A DNA stretch of 64,000 nt from positions 192,001-256,000 of the forward strand of contig JBGARZ010000003.1 of assembly GCA_044229975.1 (NCBI GenBank). The letters run 5' to 3'. This document shows positions 9,577 through 21,413 of this stretch, in pieces. This DNA comes from Polyangiales bacterium. Its GTDB lineage: Bacteria > Myxococcota_A > Polyangia > Polyangiales > Ga0077539. The translations under genes and the position numbers were made by a program. The notes below the pieces were generated by a model. The model made no database searches and was not told the DNA's origin. It worked only from the letters and a program-made list of their open reading frames with translations. The first letter of the stretch is position 1; every line of letters starts with the position of its first letter.

Positions 9577-11366
9577 ATGGCCTCCAGTTCGGCTTCGAGC
9601 GCCTGCCGCTCGGCGAGCCGGGCGTAGAGCCCGCCGCGCGCGAGGAGGGCGTCGTGCGTTCCGCTCTCGACGACCCTGCCAGCGTCGAGCACGACCACGA
9701 GGTCGCAGCGCGCCGAGGCGGCCACCCGGTGCGTGACCAGCACCAGCGTTCGCCCGCGCGACGCCTCGTCGATGGCGTCGAGGATCGACGACTCGGTGCG
9801 CGTATCGACCGCCGAGAGCGGGTCATCGAGCACCAGCACCTTCGGCCCGGCGAGCAGCGCGCGCGCGAGAGCCACCCGCTGCTTCTGTCCGCCCGAGAGC
9901 TGCACGCCGCGCTCCCCGACGATGGTCAGGTCGCCGTCGGGCATCGCGTCGACCTCGGAGAGGAGCTGCGCCGATCGCAGGGCCGCGCGCACCTTCTCGC
10001 GGGTGCTTGGCGCGTCGGGGTCGAGCTCGGCGAAGGCCACGTTGCGGGCGATGGTGGAGGAGAAGAGGAAGGGCTCCTGCTGCGCGAGTCCGACGGCGGC
10101 GCGCAGCGTCGCGAGCGGCACCCGCGTGATGTCGTGCCCGTCGAGAAACACCGATCCTTCGGGCGTCTGCAGCATGCGTGCGAGCAGGCGCGCGAGAACG
10201 CTCTTGCCCGCGCCGGTTCGGCCGACGATGGCGACGCGCTGCCCGGCGGCGACCTCCAGGCTCACCCCTTCGAGGATGGGCCGACCTTCGATGGCGTAGC
10301 GCAGGTCACGCACCGAGAGCGCACCCGTGATGGACGACGCCTCGACCGGCGTCGCCGCCGCGTCGTCGACGTCCGGCGTCGCCTCCAGGATGTCGAGGAT
10401 GCGATCGACCGAGGCGCGACCACGCTGGAGGATCGAGAGGAGGTAGCCGAGCGCGATGGTGGGCCACGCGATGATGGCGAGGTGCGACTGGAACGCGAGG
10501 ATGTCGCCGACGGTGAAGGTGCTGGGGTCGGCGATGACGCGCGAGCTGCCCACCCACACGACGATGAACGACGCCGTCGCCGCGCCGAGCCCCAGCACCG
10601 GGAACATCACCCCGCGCAGGCGCGCGAGCGAGAGGTTGGCTTCGAGCGATCGGTCGACGTCGGCGTCGAAGCCCGCGCGCTGCGACGGCTCCAGCCCGTA
10701 GGCGCGCACCACGCGCATGCCCGAGAGCACGCGCTGCACACGCTCGGACATCACCCCGAGGGCGTCCTGGGCGGCGCGGCTGCGGGCGAACATCGCGCGA
10801 CCGAAGCCCTGCGTGAGGAAGATGAACACCGGGAAGGGCAGCAGCGCGAGCGCCGCCAGCTTCGGGTTGCGCATGAAGAGCAGCGGGATGTTGACCGCGT
10901 AGGCGAAGGCCGCGTTGACGAGGTTGAGCCCGCCGAAGCCCACGAGCAGGCGAATCTGCCCGAGGTCGTTGGTGGCGCGGGACATCACCTCGCCGGGCCC
11001 CATGCGCTGGAAGAACGACGGCCCGAGGCGATGAAGGTGCGCCAGCATCCGCTCGCGGACGACGAACTCCACCTGTCGCCCGACGTTGAAGATCGCGAGC
11101 CGCGACGCCACGCGAAACCACGCGCCGAGCCCGGCGAGGGCCGCGATGGCGAGCGCGAAGTACATGGCGCGCGGGGCGTGCGAGGCCCGCAGCGCGTCGG
11201 TCGCGCCGCGGATGCACTGCGGGATGGCGCCGGCGGTGACGCTGCTCAAGGCGAGGAAGACCACGCCCCAGGCGACCTCGCGCCGCTCGTCGGCGACCAC
11301 CTCGCGAAGCAGGGACCAGGCACGACTCGCAGGGCGGGTCGCGGGGACAGCAGGGGCGTCGCTCAT
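9573..11366 (-). CDS. ABC exporter, fused permease/ATP-binding subunit with degenerate Walker B
   Basis: GRTGAGKS, LSGGQKQ, Walker B LVLDDPL (catalytic Glu replaced by Asp); 4-bp overlap with its partner gene. Confidence 0.92.
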   Translation of the reverse strand: MSDAPAVPATRPASRAWSLLREVVADERREVAWGVVFLALSSVTAGAIPQCIRGATDALRASHAPRAMYFALAIAALAGLGAWFRVASRLAIFNVGRQVEFVVRERMLAHLHRLGPSFFQRMGPGEVMSRATNDLGQIRLLVGFGGLNLVNAAFAYAVNIPLLFMRNPKLAALALLPFPVFIFLTQGFGRAMFARSRAAQDALGVMSERVQRVLSGMRVVRAYGLEPSQRAGFDADVDRSLEANLSLARLRGVMFPVLGLGAATASFIVVWVGSSRVIADPSTFTVGDILAFQSHLAIIAWPTIALGYLLSILQRGRASVDRILDILEATPDVDDAAATPVEASSITGALSVRDLRYAIEGRPILEGVSLEVAAGQRVAIVGRTGAGKSVLARLLARMLQTPEGSVFLDGHDITRVPLATLRAAVGLAQQEPFLFSSTIARNVAFAELDPDAPSTREKVRAALRSAQLLSEVDAMPDGDLTIVGERGVQLSGGQKQRVALARALLAGPKVLVLDDPLSAVDTRTESSILDAIDEASRGRTLVLVTHRVAASARCDLVVVLDAGRVVESGTHDALLARGGLYARLAERQALEAELEAM

Positions 11367-11432
11367 CGGGGTTGGCGTCAGCCTTCGGAGTGCGGTGGGA
11401 GACCTACGCGGGTCAGGGAGGTAGCACCCCCG

Positions 11433-12023
11433 TCAGGAGCCGTCCGCGCAAACTGCATCGAGGCCCGCATCGACTCCGGCGTCGGTGCCGCTCGCGACGG
11501 GGAGGCAGCGGCCGTGACCGTCGGTGCCGAGGAAGGCCGTGTCGCACACCGAGTAGCGGGGGCAGTCGCGCAGGCTGTCGCACGCGGGCTCGCAGCGGGA
11601 TGGCCCGCACCCGTCGGTGACGCATTGGCGGCCGTTGCAATCGACGGTGTCGCGACAGCGCGGAACGCACACCCGGTCGGCCTCGCCGAAACACACCTCG
11701 GCGGCCCCACAGGTGGACTCGCAGCGCGCCTGGAGGGCCGGGCGGCACACGCGCACCACGTCGCTCTCCTTGCCGCTCGGGACGCCCGAGTCGTCGCGTC
11801 CGCGGAAGTCGAAGCGACCGCACACGAGCGACGCGCCGCACTGCTCATCGGTCGAGCAGCGGGAGACGCAGACAGCGCCGGATGTTCCTTCGAGGCAGAG
11901 GCCCGAAGAACACTGATTGCCCGAGGAGCAGGGAGCTCCTATGGGCGTACGGTCGTCACTGCAACGGGAGAGGAGGGAGAGGAAGGCGAGGGCGAGCGCG
12001 GGGAGACGAGGGGACCCGCCCAT
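11433..12023 (-). CDS. Cys-rich secreted or lipoprotein hypothetical
   Basis: Signal peptide ending in LSRC; many C-x-C repeats; DAG-rich tail typical of myxobacterial lipoproteins. Confidence 0.65.
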   Translation of the reverse strand: MGGSPRLPALALAFLSLLSRCSDDRTPIGAPCSSGNQCSSGLCLEGTSGAVCVSRCSTDEQCGASLVCGRFDFRGRDDSGVPSGKESDVVRVCRPALQARCESTCGAAEVCFGEADRVCVPRCRDTVDCNGRQCVTDGCGPSRCEPACDSLRDCPRYSVCDTAFLGTDGHGRCLPVASGTDAGVDAGLDAVCADGS

Positions 12024-12032
12024 CGGGTGCGA

Positions 12033-12404
12033 TCAGGAAGCGGCCTTGTCGCGGGCGTCCTTCAGACGGGCGGCCTTACCCTCGAGGTCGCGGAGGAAGT
12101 AGAGCTTCGAGCGGCGGATGACGCCGTGGGCGATGACTTCGATCTTGTCGATGCGCGGGCTGTGCACCGGGAAGATGCGCTCGACGCCGACGTTGTAGGA
12201 GATCTTGCGGACGGTGAACATCGCGCCGATGCCGCCGTTGCGAATGCGGATGACCTGGCCCTTGAAGACCTGGATGCGCTCCTTCTCGCCTTCGGCGACC
12301 TTGTAGTGCACGTTGACCGTGTCACCGACGCGGAAGGGGGTGAGCTTGTTTTCGGCGATGCGCTGCGTGTGGAGCGCTTCGATCTTCGGGTTCTGGTTGC
12401 CCAT
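12033..12404 (-). CDS. rplS: 50S ribosomal protein L19
   Basis: [39 protein letters not shown] and RRSKLYFLR motifs. Confidence 0.97.
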   Translation of the reverse strand: MGNQNPKIEALHTQRIAENKLTPFRVGDTVNVHYKVAEGEKERIQVFKGQVIRIRNGGIGAMFTVRKISYNVGVERIFPVHSPRIDKIEVIAHGVIRRSKLYFLRDLEGKAARLKDARDKAAS

Positions 12405-12449
12405 GACGTCTCTCGGATTTCTAGAAGTGGAGGCCCGTAGGGGGAGCGC

Positions 12450-12478
12450 AAGGAATCATCGCGGGCGCTCGTTGTCAA
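12450..12478 (-). promoter_or_regulatory. Putative sigma70 promoter of rplS
   Basis: Minus strand TTGACA-N17-TTCCTT, with TG at the extended -10 position. Confidence 0.5.
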
Positions 12479-12494
12479 GCCGCGCGTCGCGACC

Positions 12495-15400
12495 TCAAGT
12501 CGGGCGCGCGGAGTTGGAGCGAACGTCCTTCAACGCCGCTTCGCACTCTTCGAGCAGCACCTTGTTGTCGGTGGTTCCTGCCTTGGTCAGCGCCTCGCGG
12601 AGGTAGCGCCGGGCCTTGTCGTGCTGGCCCTCGGTGAGCGCGAGGTGTCCGAGCAGCCAGCGCGCCTCGATGCCATCTGCGGGAAAACCCTGCGCATCGA
12701 GCGTCGCCATTGCCTGCTCCAACCGGGCCCGCGGCGCGTCGCGCTCGGCCCCCTCCCGCGACGCTTCGAGAAACGCGAGGTACCCATCCGCCCGCGCCGC
12801 CAGCCGCACGTAGCCGCGCGTCTGCGCGATGCTGCGCGCCTCGGTGAAGGCCGCGTAGCCGCGCGGTGCGTCGCCGTTGCGCCACTCCGCCTCGCCCAAC
12901 ACCATCGACGCCGCGCAGAGCCCGAGGGCGCGGTCGACTTCGCGCGCGAGATCGACGGCGACCTGCGCCGACGCCACGGCGGGCGCGAGGTCGCGCAGCC
13001 GCAGCAGCACCTCCGCGCGGGTGCGAGCGACCTCCACCAGCAGCCGACGATCGACGGGCTCCTTGGCGCAGAGCGCGTCGATCTCCACGAGCGAGGCCCG
13101 CGCCGCCGCCGCGTCGCCGCTCGCCGCCTGGCAGCGCGCCGAGGACACCAGCGCGCGGAGCTGCTCCGACGTGAGCCCGAGCTCCGACGCCATGTTCGCC
13201 GCGTCTTGCAGGTAGCGTTGGGCGCGGCCGAACTCGCCGCGGTCGGCGTGCATCGTCCCGAGCGCCGACACCACCATCGCGCGCACGGCCTTGTCGCCCG
13301 AGAGCTCCGCCAGCGCGAGCGCCCGCTCCAGGTGACGGATGGCCTCCACCACCTGCTGCCTGCGCGCGAAGAGCCTGCCCTGCACGAGCACCAGGCGCGC
13401 GATGGCGGTGCGCTCCTTGCGCTCTTCCGCGAAGGCCACGCCGAGCTTGAGCCGCTCGAAGGCGAGGTCCGTCGAGCGCGCCGCGAGGGACGCATCACCG
13501 AGGGAGATGTAGAGCGAGAGCACGAGCGCCGGGTCGGGCTCGGTCGTCGCGAGGGCGAGGTCGATGGCGCGGGCGAAGCTCTGCACCGATGCGTCGGGCG
13601 CGTGCTCGCGGAGCTGCCGACGGGCGGCGCGCATCCAGCAATCGATGGCCTTGGGGCGGTCGCCGGCGAGGTCGTAGTGGCTCGCGAGGCGCTCGGCGAA
13701 CTCGTCCACCCGGTCGGGCAGAAACTCCTCCGTCACCGTCGCCACGGTCGCGTGCAGCTTGCGTCGCACCTCGCCGGGGAGCCCGTCGTAGAGCACCTCG
13801 CAGAGCAGCTCGCTGCGGAAGCGGTACTCACGCGGGCTGGTGCGCTCCAGCAGGTCTTGCGCGACGAGCGAGGTGAGCACCTCGTCGAGGAGCGCATCGG
13901 GCATCTCCGCCGCGCCGAGGAGCTGCTCGGTCGCGAGCCGCGGACCGATCACCGACGCCACTTGCAACACGCGACGCTCGGCCGGAGGCAGGCGCGCCAC
14001 GCGACTCGCGGTGAGTCCACGCAAGGTGCGCGGGAGCTCGGCCGGGACCCGGTCGGCGCGGTAGGTAGTGCTGTCGGTTCCGACGCTGAGGGCGCCCGCT
14101 TCACGCAGTGCCTTCACCAGCTCCACGAAGGCGAAGGGGTTGGCGCCGGAGCGCGCGCCGAGGTCGTCGATGAGGTCTGCGGGAAACGGCAGGTCAGCGC
14201 CCAGCACCAGCGCCAGGAGCTGACGCAGCTCCTCTTCGCTCATGGGTTCGAGCGACACCTCCTGCGCGTTGGCGCGGCCCTCCCACGGAAACGCACGCCC
14301 CGGTCGGCGTGCCGTCACGATGAGCGCGCGCGCCTTGCTGGCCCCTTGGATGACGTCGTCGAGGAGCGTCGCCGACAGGTCGTCGAGGTGCTCGGCACCG
14401 TCCCAGCAAAACACCGTGATGCGATCTTCCGAGAGGCGCGTGACGATCTTCTGGAGGGCGGTGCGCAGCGGGCGCGAGGCCGACTCGAGCGACTCCATGG
14501 TGGCGCTGACGATGCCCAGCACCACGCCCATCGCCAGCATCTCCTCGGGGGTGAGACCGAGCTCGCGGACGCGGCGCGCCTTCTCGCGCATCACCGACTC
14601 GTTGTCGCCGTCCTCGATGCCGAGCAGCGCGCGCAGCATCCCTTGGAGGCCGTGCAGCGGAACCTCCCGCCCATACGAAACACACGTCGCGCCGTACCAG
14701 GTCACCGGGTGGTTCATCCGACGCAGGCGGTAGTGAACCTCCTCCAGATAGCGGCTCTTGCCGATGCCCGCCTCGCCCACGACCGTGACCGTGAGCAGCC
14801 CCTGGTTGGCAGCCGCGGCGAGCATCTCGCCGAAGCGACGAAACTCCGCGCGGCGCCCCACCACGCGCTGGCGCCCCGGATCCTTCGGGCCGACCACCTG
14901 GAAGGCGTCGATGTGGCCCAGGGACACGAGCTCGAAGCGCTCACCGAGGGCCCCTTCGGTGGACGAGTCACCGACGACACCCCCGGGCGCTGCCTCCGCG
15001 AACTGGTCCGCCTGCTCGACGCTCTCCATCAGCCGGTTGTCGTGAACGGGCTGCCCCGCGCCGTCGACCTCGATGCGAGCGCTCGCGAAGCCCGCGCCGA
15101 GCGTCACCCCGTCAGGCACCTCGGCCACGATGCGCAGCGCGACAGACGCAGCCGTCTCGGTGTCGCGACCGTCGGGCGCGTCGAGGCCGAAGAGCAACCT
15201 CGCCCTCCCCCCTTCGCGCGAGATCTCCCTGCCACCACGCCGCGTCGCGAGGGTCACCGCGCCGTCGAGCGAGCGCTCGGACACCGGCCCCGTGCCGTTG
15301 GTCTTCGTCGCAAGGAGGGAGAGCACCGTGACGTCGCGCTGCTCGGCGTGCGACTGCAACGAGCCTGCGCCCCGATCGTCCGCGGGCTCGTCGTCGACCT

Positions 15401-16403
15401 CCAACAGCTCGACGTCCTCGTCGGGGTCGACGAATGCGTCGCGGATCCTCTTGGTGTCCACCGGCGCCGAGAGCGCGTCCTTGGTGGAGCGCAGCCAGTC
15501 GGCGAGGTCGTTGGTGCCCACGCGTCGACCGAGCGTGTAGAGAAACGCCGTCAGCTCCTCGTAGACCTTGGCCGCGTTGGCGTAGCGGTCGGCCGGGTCG
15601 GGTGCCATCGAGGTCTCCACGACCTGAAGCAGCTCACCTGGCACATCGGGGCGCAGCGAGCGGAGAGGCGTCGCGCGGCCTTCCAACACACGCTCGAGCA
15701 CCTGTCGAGGATCGGGCGCGAAGGCCGTCGGCGGCGCGAAGGGGTTCTCTCCGGCGAGCATCTCGAAGAGCGTCACGCCCAGCGAGTAGATGTCCGCGCG
15801 CCCGTCGACCTCCTCACCGCGAGCCTGCTCCGGGGGCATGTACGCGTACTTGCCGCGAACCGTTCCGCCGGCCTCGACGAAGGACACGGCCTTGGCGATG
15901 CCGAAGTCCGTGACCTTCACCTCTCCTTCGCGGGACAGGAGGATGTTTTGCGGCGAGATGTCCCGGTGCACGATGCCGAGGTTGCGGCCGCGGGCGTCCT
16001 TGCGGCGGTGTGCGTAGTCGAGCGCGCGGGCCACTTCGCACGCGATGAGCACGGCGACCTCGACGGGCACCGGTCGGGCGTCGCGTCGGGCGGACCGCAG
16101 CGACTGCGCAAGGTCGGAGCCGAGCACGTACTCCATCGCGATGAAGTAGGTGTCCTCCTCGCGACCGAGGTCGAACACCTGCACGATGTTGGCGTGCGAC
16201 AGCGCGACGGAGAGCCGCGCCTCGTGCAGGAACATGTCGACGAACGACTGGTTTTGCGCGAGCTCGGGGAGGATGCGCTTGAGGACGACGACCTTCTCGA
16301 AGCCCTCCACGCCATAGCTCTTGGCCTTGAAGACCTCCGCCATCCCCCCACGAGCGATACGTTCGAGAAGCTGATACCGCCCGAAGAGAAGCGGGGACTC
16401 CAT
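12495..16403 (-). CDS. Ser/Thr protein kinase with a degenerate cyclase-like region, AAA/STAND-type ATPase and TPR repeats
   Basis: GGMAEV, HRDISPQN, DFG and GKYAYMPPE kinase motifs; AEQRDVTVL cyclase-like start; Walker A GEAGIGKS; GANPF; C-terminal TPR-like helices; start placed at MESPLLFGRY. Confidence 0.88.
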   Translation of the reverse strand: MESPLLFGRYQLLERIARGGMAEVFKAKSYGVEGFEKVVVLKRILPELAQNQSFVDMFLHEARLSVALSHANIVQVFDLGREEDTYFIAMEYVLGSDLAQSLRSARRDARPVPVEVAVLIACEVARALDYAHRRKDARGRNLGIVHRDISPQNILLSREGEVKVTDFGIAKAVSFVEAGGTVRGKYAYMPPEQARGEEVDGRADIYSLGVTLFEMLAGENPFAPPTAFAPDPRQVLERVLEGRATPLRSLRPDVPGELLQVVETSMAPDPADRYANAAKVYEELTAFLYTLGRRVGTNDLADWLRSTKDALSAPVDTKRIRDAFVDPDEDVELLEVDDEPADDRGAGSLQSHAEQRDVTVLSLLATKTNGTGPVSERSLDGAVTLATRRGGREISREGGRARLLFGLDAPDGRDTETAASVALRIVAEVPDGVTLGAGFASARIEVDGAGQPVHDNRLMESVEQADQFAEAAPGGVVGDSSTEGALGERFELVSLGHIDAFQVVGPKDPGRQRVVGRRAEFRRFGEMLAAAANQGLLTVTVVGEAGIGKSRYLEEVHYRLRRMNHPVTWYGATCVSYGREVPLHGLQGMLRALLGIEDGDNESVMREKARRVRELGLTPEEMLAMGVVLGIVSATMESLESASRPLRTALQKIVTRLSEDRITVFCWDGAEHLDDLSATLLDDVIQGASKARALIVTARRPGRAFPWEGRANAQEVSLEPMSEEELRQLLALVLGADLPFPADLIDDLGARSGANPFAFVELVKALREAGALSVGTDSTTYRADRVPAELPRTLRGLTASRVARLPPAERRVLQVASVIGPRLATEQLLGAAEMPDALLDEVLTSLVAQDLLERTSPREYRFRSELLCEVLYDGLPGEVRRKLHATVATVTEEFLPDRVDEFAERLASHYDLAGDRPKAIDCWMRAARRQLREHAPDASVQSFARAIDLALATTEPDPALVLSLYISLGDASLAARSTDLAFERLKLGVAFAEERKERTAIARLVLVQGRLFARRQQVVEAIRHLERALALAELSGDKAVRAMVVSALGTMHADRGEFGRAQRYLQDAANMASELGLTSEQLRALVSSARCQAASGDAAAARASLVEIDALCAKEPVDRRLLVEVARTRAEVLLRLRDLAPAVASAQVAVDLAREVDRALGLCAASMVLGEAEWRNGDAPRGYAAFTEARSIAQTRGYVRLAARADGYLAFLEASREGAERDAPRARLEQAMATLDAQGFPADGIEARWLLGHLALTEGQHDKARRYLREALTKAGTTDNKVLLEECEAALKDVRSNSARPT

Positions 16404-16510
16404 CACCACACGCCTTTGGATCCCGCAGCGCCGCTTGCGCCTCGGAGCGCGGCAGCATAACCCGAGGACGCGCCGCGTCTCCATTCCTCTCGCGCACCCG
16501 CTGCAACAAC

Positions 16511-18853
16511 ATGAACTCCCGCCTCCCCCGCACCGCGGTCGTCGCCGCCGCCTTCGTCCTCGCCGCCGGCTGCGCGCTGGTCGTGGTCCTGGTTCGCCAT
16601 GGTGGCAGCGGGCACGCGCCCCCACCGGGCCGCTGCGAGGTGTCGTCCACCCGCGCGCTCACGCCGGACGCCGCCGATCGGGTCGTCGGCCTCACCCACC
16701 GGGAGGGCACCTTCTGGGCGCTCGCCCTCCACAGACAGGGAGCCTCTCGGGTCGCCCAGTTGCTGCGGTCGACCTCCGGGCGGGAGGCGCCCACACCCGT
16801 CGCGACCTCGACGGTCACCGACGGGAGCGCCGTGGTGGGCCCGGTGCTGGTCCCTGACGGGGTGGCCTTCGTCGCCGCGGCGGGACCGGTCCTCCGCGCC
16901 ACCGCCTTCAACGGTCGCAGCGCACGCTCCATCGAGTTCCCTCGCGGCGAAGCTCCCGCGGGACGCGACGGCCTCACCCCGCGGCTGTCGCTCACCACCG
17001 AGGACGACGGCGCGCTCACCGTCGCCGCGCATTGGGACGGCCGCTTCGGGACGCGACGCCTGCACGCGCGCGACACCCGCGAGAGCGCCGGACTCGGCCC
17101 GCGGCGCCACGATCGCTTCGACTCGCCCGCGCTCACCGCGATCAACGACTCGCTGCTCGTGCTGCACGAGCGGCGCATCGGAACCTTCACCGACGAGACG
17201 TCCACCGCGTCCTCCCTGGAGGCGGTCGCTTTTCCCGCGGGTCCCTTCGATCCGGCTCCGCCTCATGACGCGCTGGTCTCCCTCGCGAGTGCGACGGCTC
17301 CGCGCCTCAGGTCCGTCGAGGGCACCGCCGTCGCTCTCTGGCGGGACGGCGTTCGGCTCGTGGCCACGCGCATCGACGTCACGCCGACGACCGTCGCCGT
17401 GAGCCCGACGCCCGTCGAGGTCGCGAGCCACGTGGGCAATCGGTACGACCTCGCCGCGGGCGCCGGAGCGTGCGCCGTCGCCGTGATGGCTGGCGCCGGG
17501 GCCAACACCTCCATCACCGTCCACGGCCTGCGCGCCGAAGGATGGTCACTCGTCGACGCGGGCTCGGCCGCCACGTCGGTCGGTGCGCCGCCCATCGACG
17601 ATCTCCGCGTCGCACGGGTCGGCGGCGGTGTCGTGATGGTCGCCCTCTCCGACAACGCACTCCGATCGTGGCGCGCCGACCTGAGCCCCACCTGCACGCC
17701 GACCGTGAGCCCGCTCTCGCTGCCGACAGCGCCTCTTCACGGCGCGGGGCTGCGTGTGATCGCGCTGTCGGGCGACGCGACGGGCGCCACCCTCCTGCTC
17801 ACACGAGACCCACTCGACGCGGCCTCGACGCAGGTGACTCGCATCGAGATCGACCCGAGCTACGCGGTGGCCGCGCCGGTCACCGAGGCGGTTCCTCAAT
17901 CGGTGACCGAGGGCGCCCGCTACGACGCGCGCATCGCGATGGTGGCCGGGCCGTCCCGCGGCACGGTGCGAGCGCAACGGCTGGGCGACCCCGGCGACGA
18001 CGACGAACCCGGTGAGGACATCCTGTTGCGACAGGCGCGCGGCGAGCGCATCGCGATGTTCGCCAGCGCCGAGCGCCACCGCATCTGGATCGCCGACCGA
18101 AGCGACGAGCGCTCCAATCCCTTCCATCCACCGCACGCGGTCGTGGTGCACTCGGTCATCGACACCCTCGAAGACGGCCCTCGCACCGAGGTCGCCACCG
18201 CGGCGCCCCCCGAGGCTGCGTTCGCCACGGTGGCCCTCCATCGATTCGAGTCTCCCGTCTCCAATCGACCCGCGTGGGCGCTAGTCACCGCGCCCGAACC
18301 GACCGCTCCGCACAACCTCGACGGCGCTTGGGCGTTCCTGTTCGACCCGCGCGACGAGCCCATCGCGAGAACCGCCCACGACGACAGCCCCATCCCCAAC
18401 GCCGCGCCGCTGCTGCCCACAGCGTTGCGCTCGCCGCGCGATCACGTCTCGTCCGTCGCGTGGCGAGGCACCGCGCTCGCGGCGGTGGTCTCTGGTCCGC
18501 GCGCGGGTGTTCGCCTCGTCACGGGCGATCCCTTCAACGGGAGCCTGCGCGACACGCCCCTGTGCGACACACCCGCGGCGATGATCCGCGGCGCCACGGT
18601 GCTGCCCCACGGCGATGGCTGGATCGCGTTCTGGTTGGACGTGACCCACCCACAGCCGATGCTGCGCGACCGGCGCTTCAATGCCGACGGTTCGGCTCGC
18701 GGTGCCGCTGAGACACTCGGGGAGTTTCTCCACCTCGACGAAGCCTCGCTCCCACCGAGCCTGCCTGCGACGACCGGCGCCGCGGACGAGTTCGCGGTGG
18801 CGGTGCCGACGCCCCATGGAGTTCGGCTCGCCGAGGTGCGCTGCTCGCGGTAG
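16511..18853 (+). CDS. Large hypothetical membrane-anchored or secreted beta-rich protein
   Basis: 780-aa ORF with GC3-rich codons and an N-terminal hydrophobic anchor; no recognisable motif. Confidence 0.65.
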   Translation: MNSRLPRTAVVAAAFVLAAGCALVVVLVRHGGSGHAPPPGRCEVSSTRALTPDAADRVVGLTHREGTFWALALHRQGASRVAQLLRSTSGREAPTPVATSTVTDGSAVVGPVLVPDGVAFVAAAGPVLRATAFNGRSARSIEFPRGEAPAGRDGLTPRLSLTTEDDGALTVAAHWDGRFGTRRLHARDTRESAGLGPRRHDRFDSPALTAINDSLLVLHERRIGTFTDETSTASSLEAVAFPAGPFDPAPPHDALVSLASATAPRLRSVEGTAVALWRDGVRLVATRIDVTPTTVAVSPTPVEVASHVGNRYDLAAGAGACAVAVMAGAGANTSITVHGLRAEGWSLVDAGSAATSVGAPPIDDLRVARVGGGVVMVALSDNALRSWRADLSPTCTPTVSPLSLPTAPLHGAGLRVIALSGDATGATLLLTRDPLDAASTQVTRIEIDPSYAVAAPVTEAVPQSVTEGARYDARIAMVAGPSRGTVRAQRLGDPGDDDEPGEDILLRQARGERIAMFASAERHRIWIADRSDERSNPFHPPHAVVVHSVIDTLEDGPRTEVATAAPPEAAFATVALHRFESPVSNRPAWALVTAPEPTAPHNLDGAWAFLFDPRDEPIARTAHDDSPIPNAAPLLPTALRSPRDHVSSVAWRGTALAAVVSGPRAGVRLVTGDPFNGSLRDTPLCDTPAAMIRGATVLPHGDGWIAFWLDVTHPQPMLRDRRFNADGSARGAAETLGEFLHLDEASLPPSLPATTGAADEFAVAVPTPHGVRLAEVRCSR

Positions 18854-18974
18854 AACACCGCGTGGCCGCGAGAGACCTCACGCCGCTTGCAGGGCGTGAA
18901 CAACCCGCGGTAGTCCTGCGTCCGTCCCCAGCGGTGCCGTCGAGGCCCCGACCTAGACTCAGCGGAGGCTCCCA

Positions 18975-19403
18975 ATGAAGAGGGTGCTGATCGTCGAAGA
19001 CGATGCCAACGAGCGCTTCACCCTGTCGCGGGTGTTGGAGCGCGTCGGATACGAGGTGACCGCGGTGTCGACCGCCGAAGAGGCCGTCGCGGCGCTCCCC
19101 GGGGTGACCTTCCACGCTGTGGTGAGCGACGTGATGATGCCCGAGACGGATGGGGTGTCCCTCGCCCGCTCCATCGCCGAGCGCTCCCCAGGGACGCCGG
19201 TCATCCTGGTAAGCGCGTGCCACATCGCGCCCCGTCAGCTCGACCGCATGTGCATCGGCACGCTGCACTTCCTCGACAAGCCCATCGACATACCGCAGCT
19301 CCTCGCGGTGCTCGAAGCGCCGCACGGCGGGCCCATCGCGCGCGGCGAGACCTGCTCGGTCGCCGAGGCGCTGCGCCCGGACAGCACTCGCCCCCGTCAC
19401 TGA
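18975..19403 (+). CDS. Single-domain response regulator (CheY-like receiver)
   Basis: VLIVEDD, VVSDVMMPETDG, VILVS and LDKP motifs; SD GGAGG. Confidence 0.88.
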   Translation: MKRVLIVEDDANERFTLSRVLERVGYEVTAVSTAEEAVAALPGVTFHAVVSDVMMPETDGVSLARSIAERSPGTPVILVSACHIAPRQLDRMCIGTLHFLDKPIDIPQLLAVLEAPHGGPIARGETCSVAEALRPDSTRPRH

Positions 19404-19455
19404 TCAGGTCAGCGCGGGGGCGATCGCAGTCGCGTCGGTCTGTGGGGGAGAGGCT

Positions 19456-21321
<1,866 letters not shown>

Positions 21322-21413
21322 CGAACGGCTCCTCCGCGCCGCAATAACCGGCCGCGCTGTCTGTACGATCTGTCGGCCCCCGTCAAATCATCCATCCGAT
21401 CCATCATTGCCTT

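Noticed and set aside
7675..11366. Degenerate Walker B in one ABC subunit as a sign of pseudogenisation
   Set aside because: This is the normal asymmetric feature of heterodimeric exporters (TM287/288, TmrAB type)
3308..16460. Very long antisense or alternate-frame ORFs (e.g. 3308-5671, 9654-12440, 12621-16460, and similar ones across the window)
   Set aside because: They are shadows of real genes caused by high GC and stop-codon scarcity; the translations are Arg/Gly-rich with no motifs
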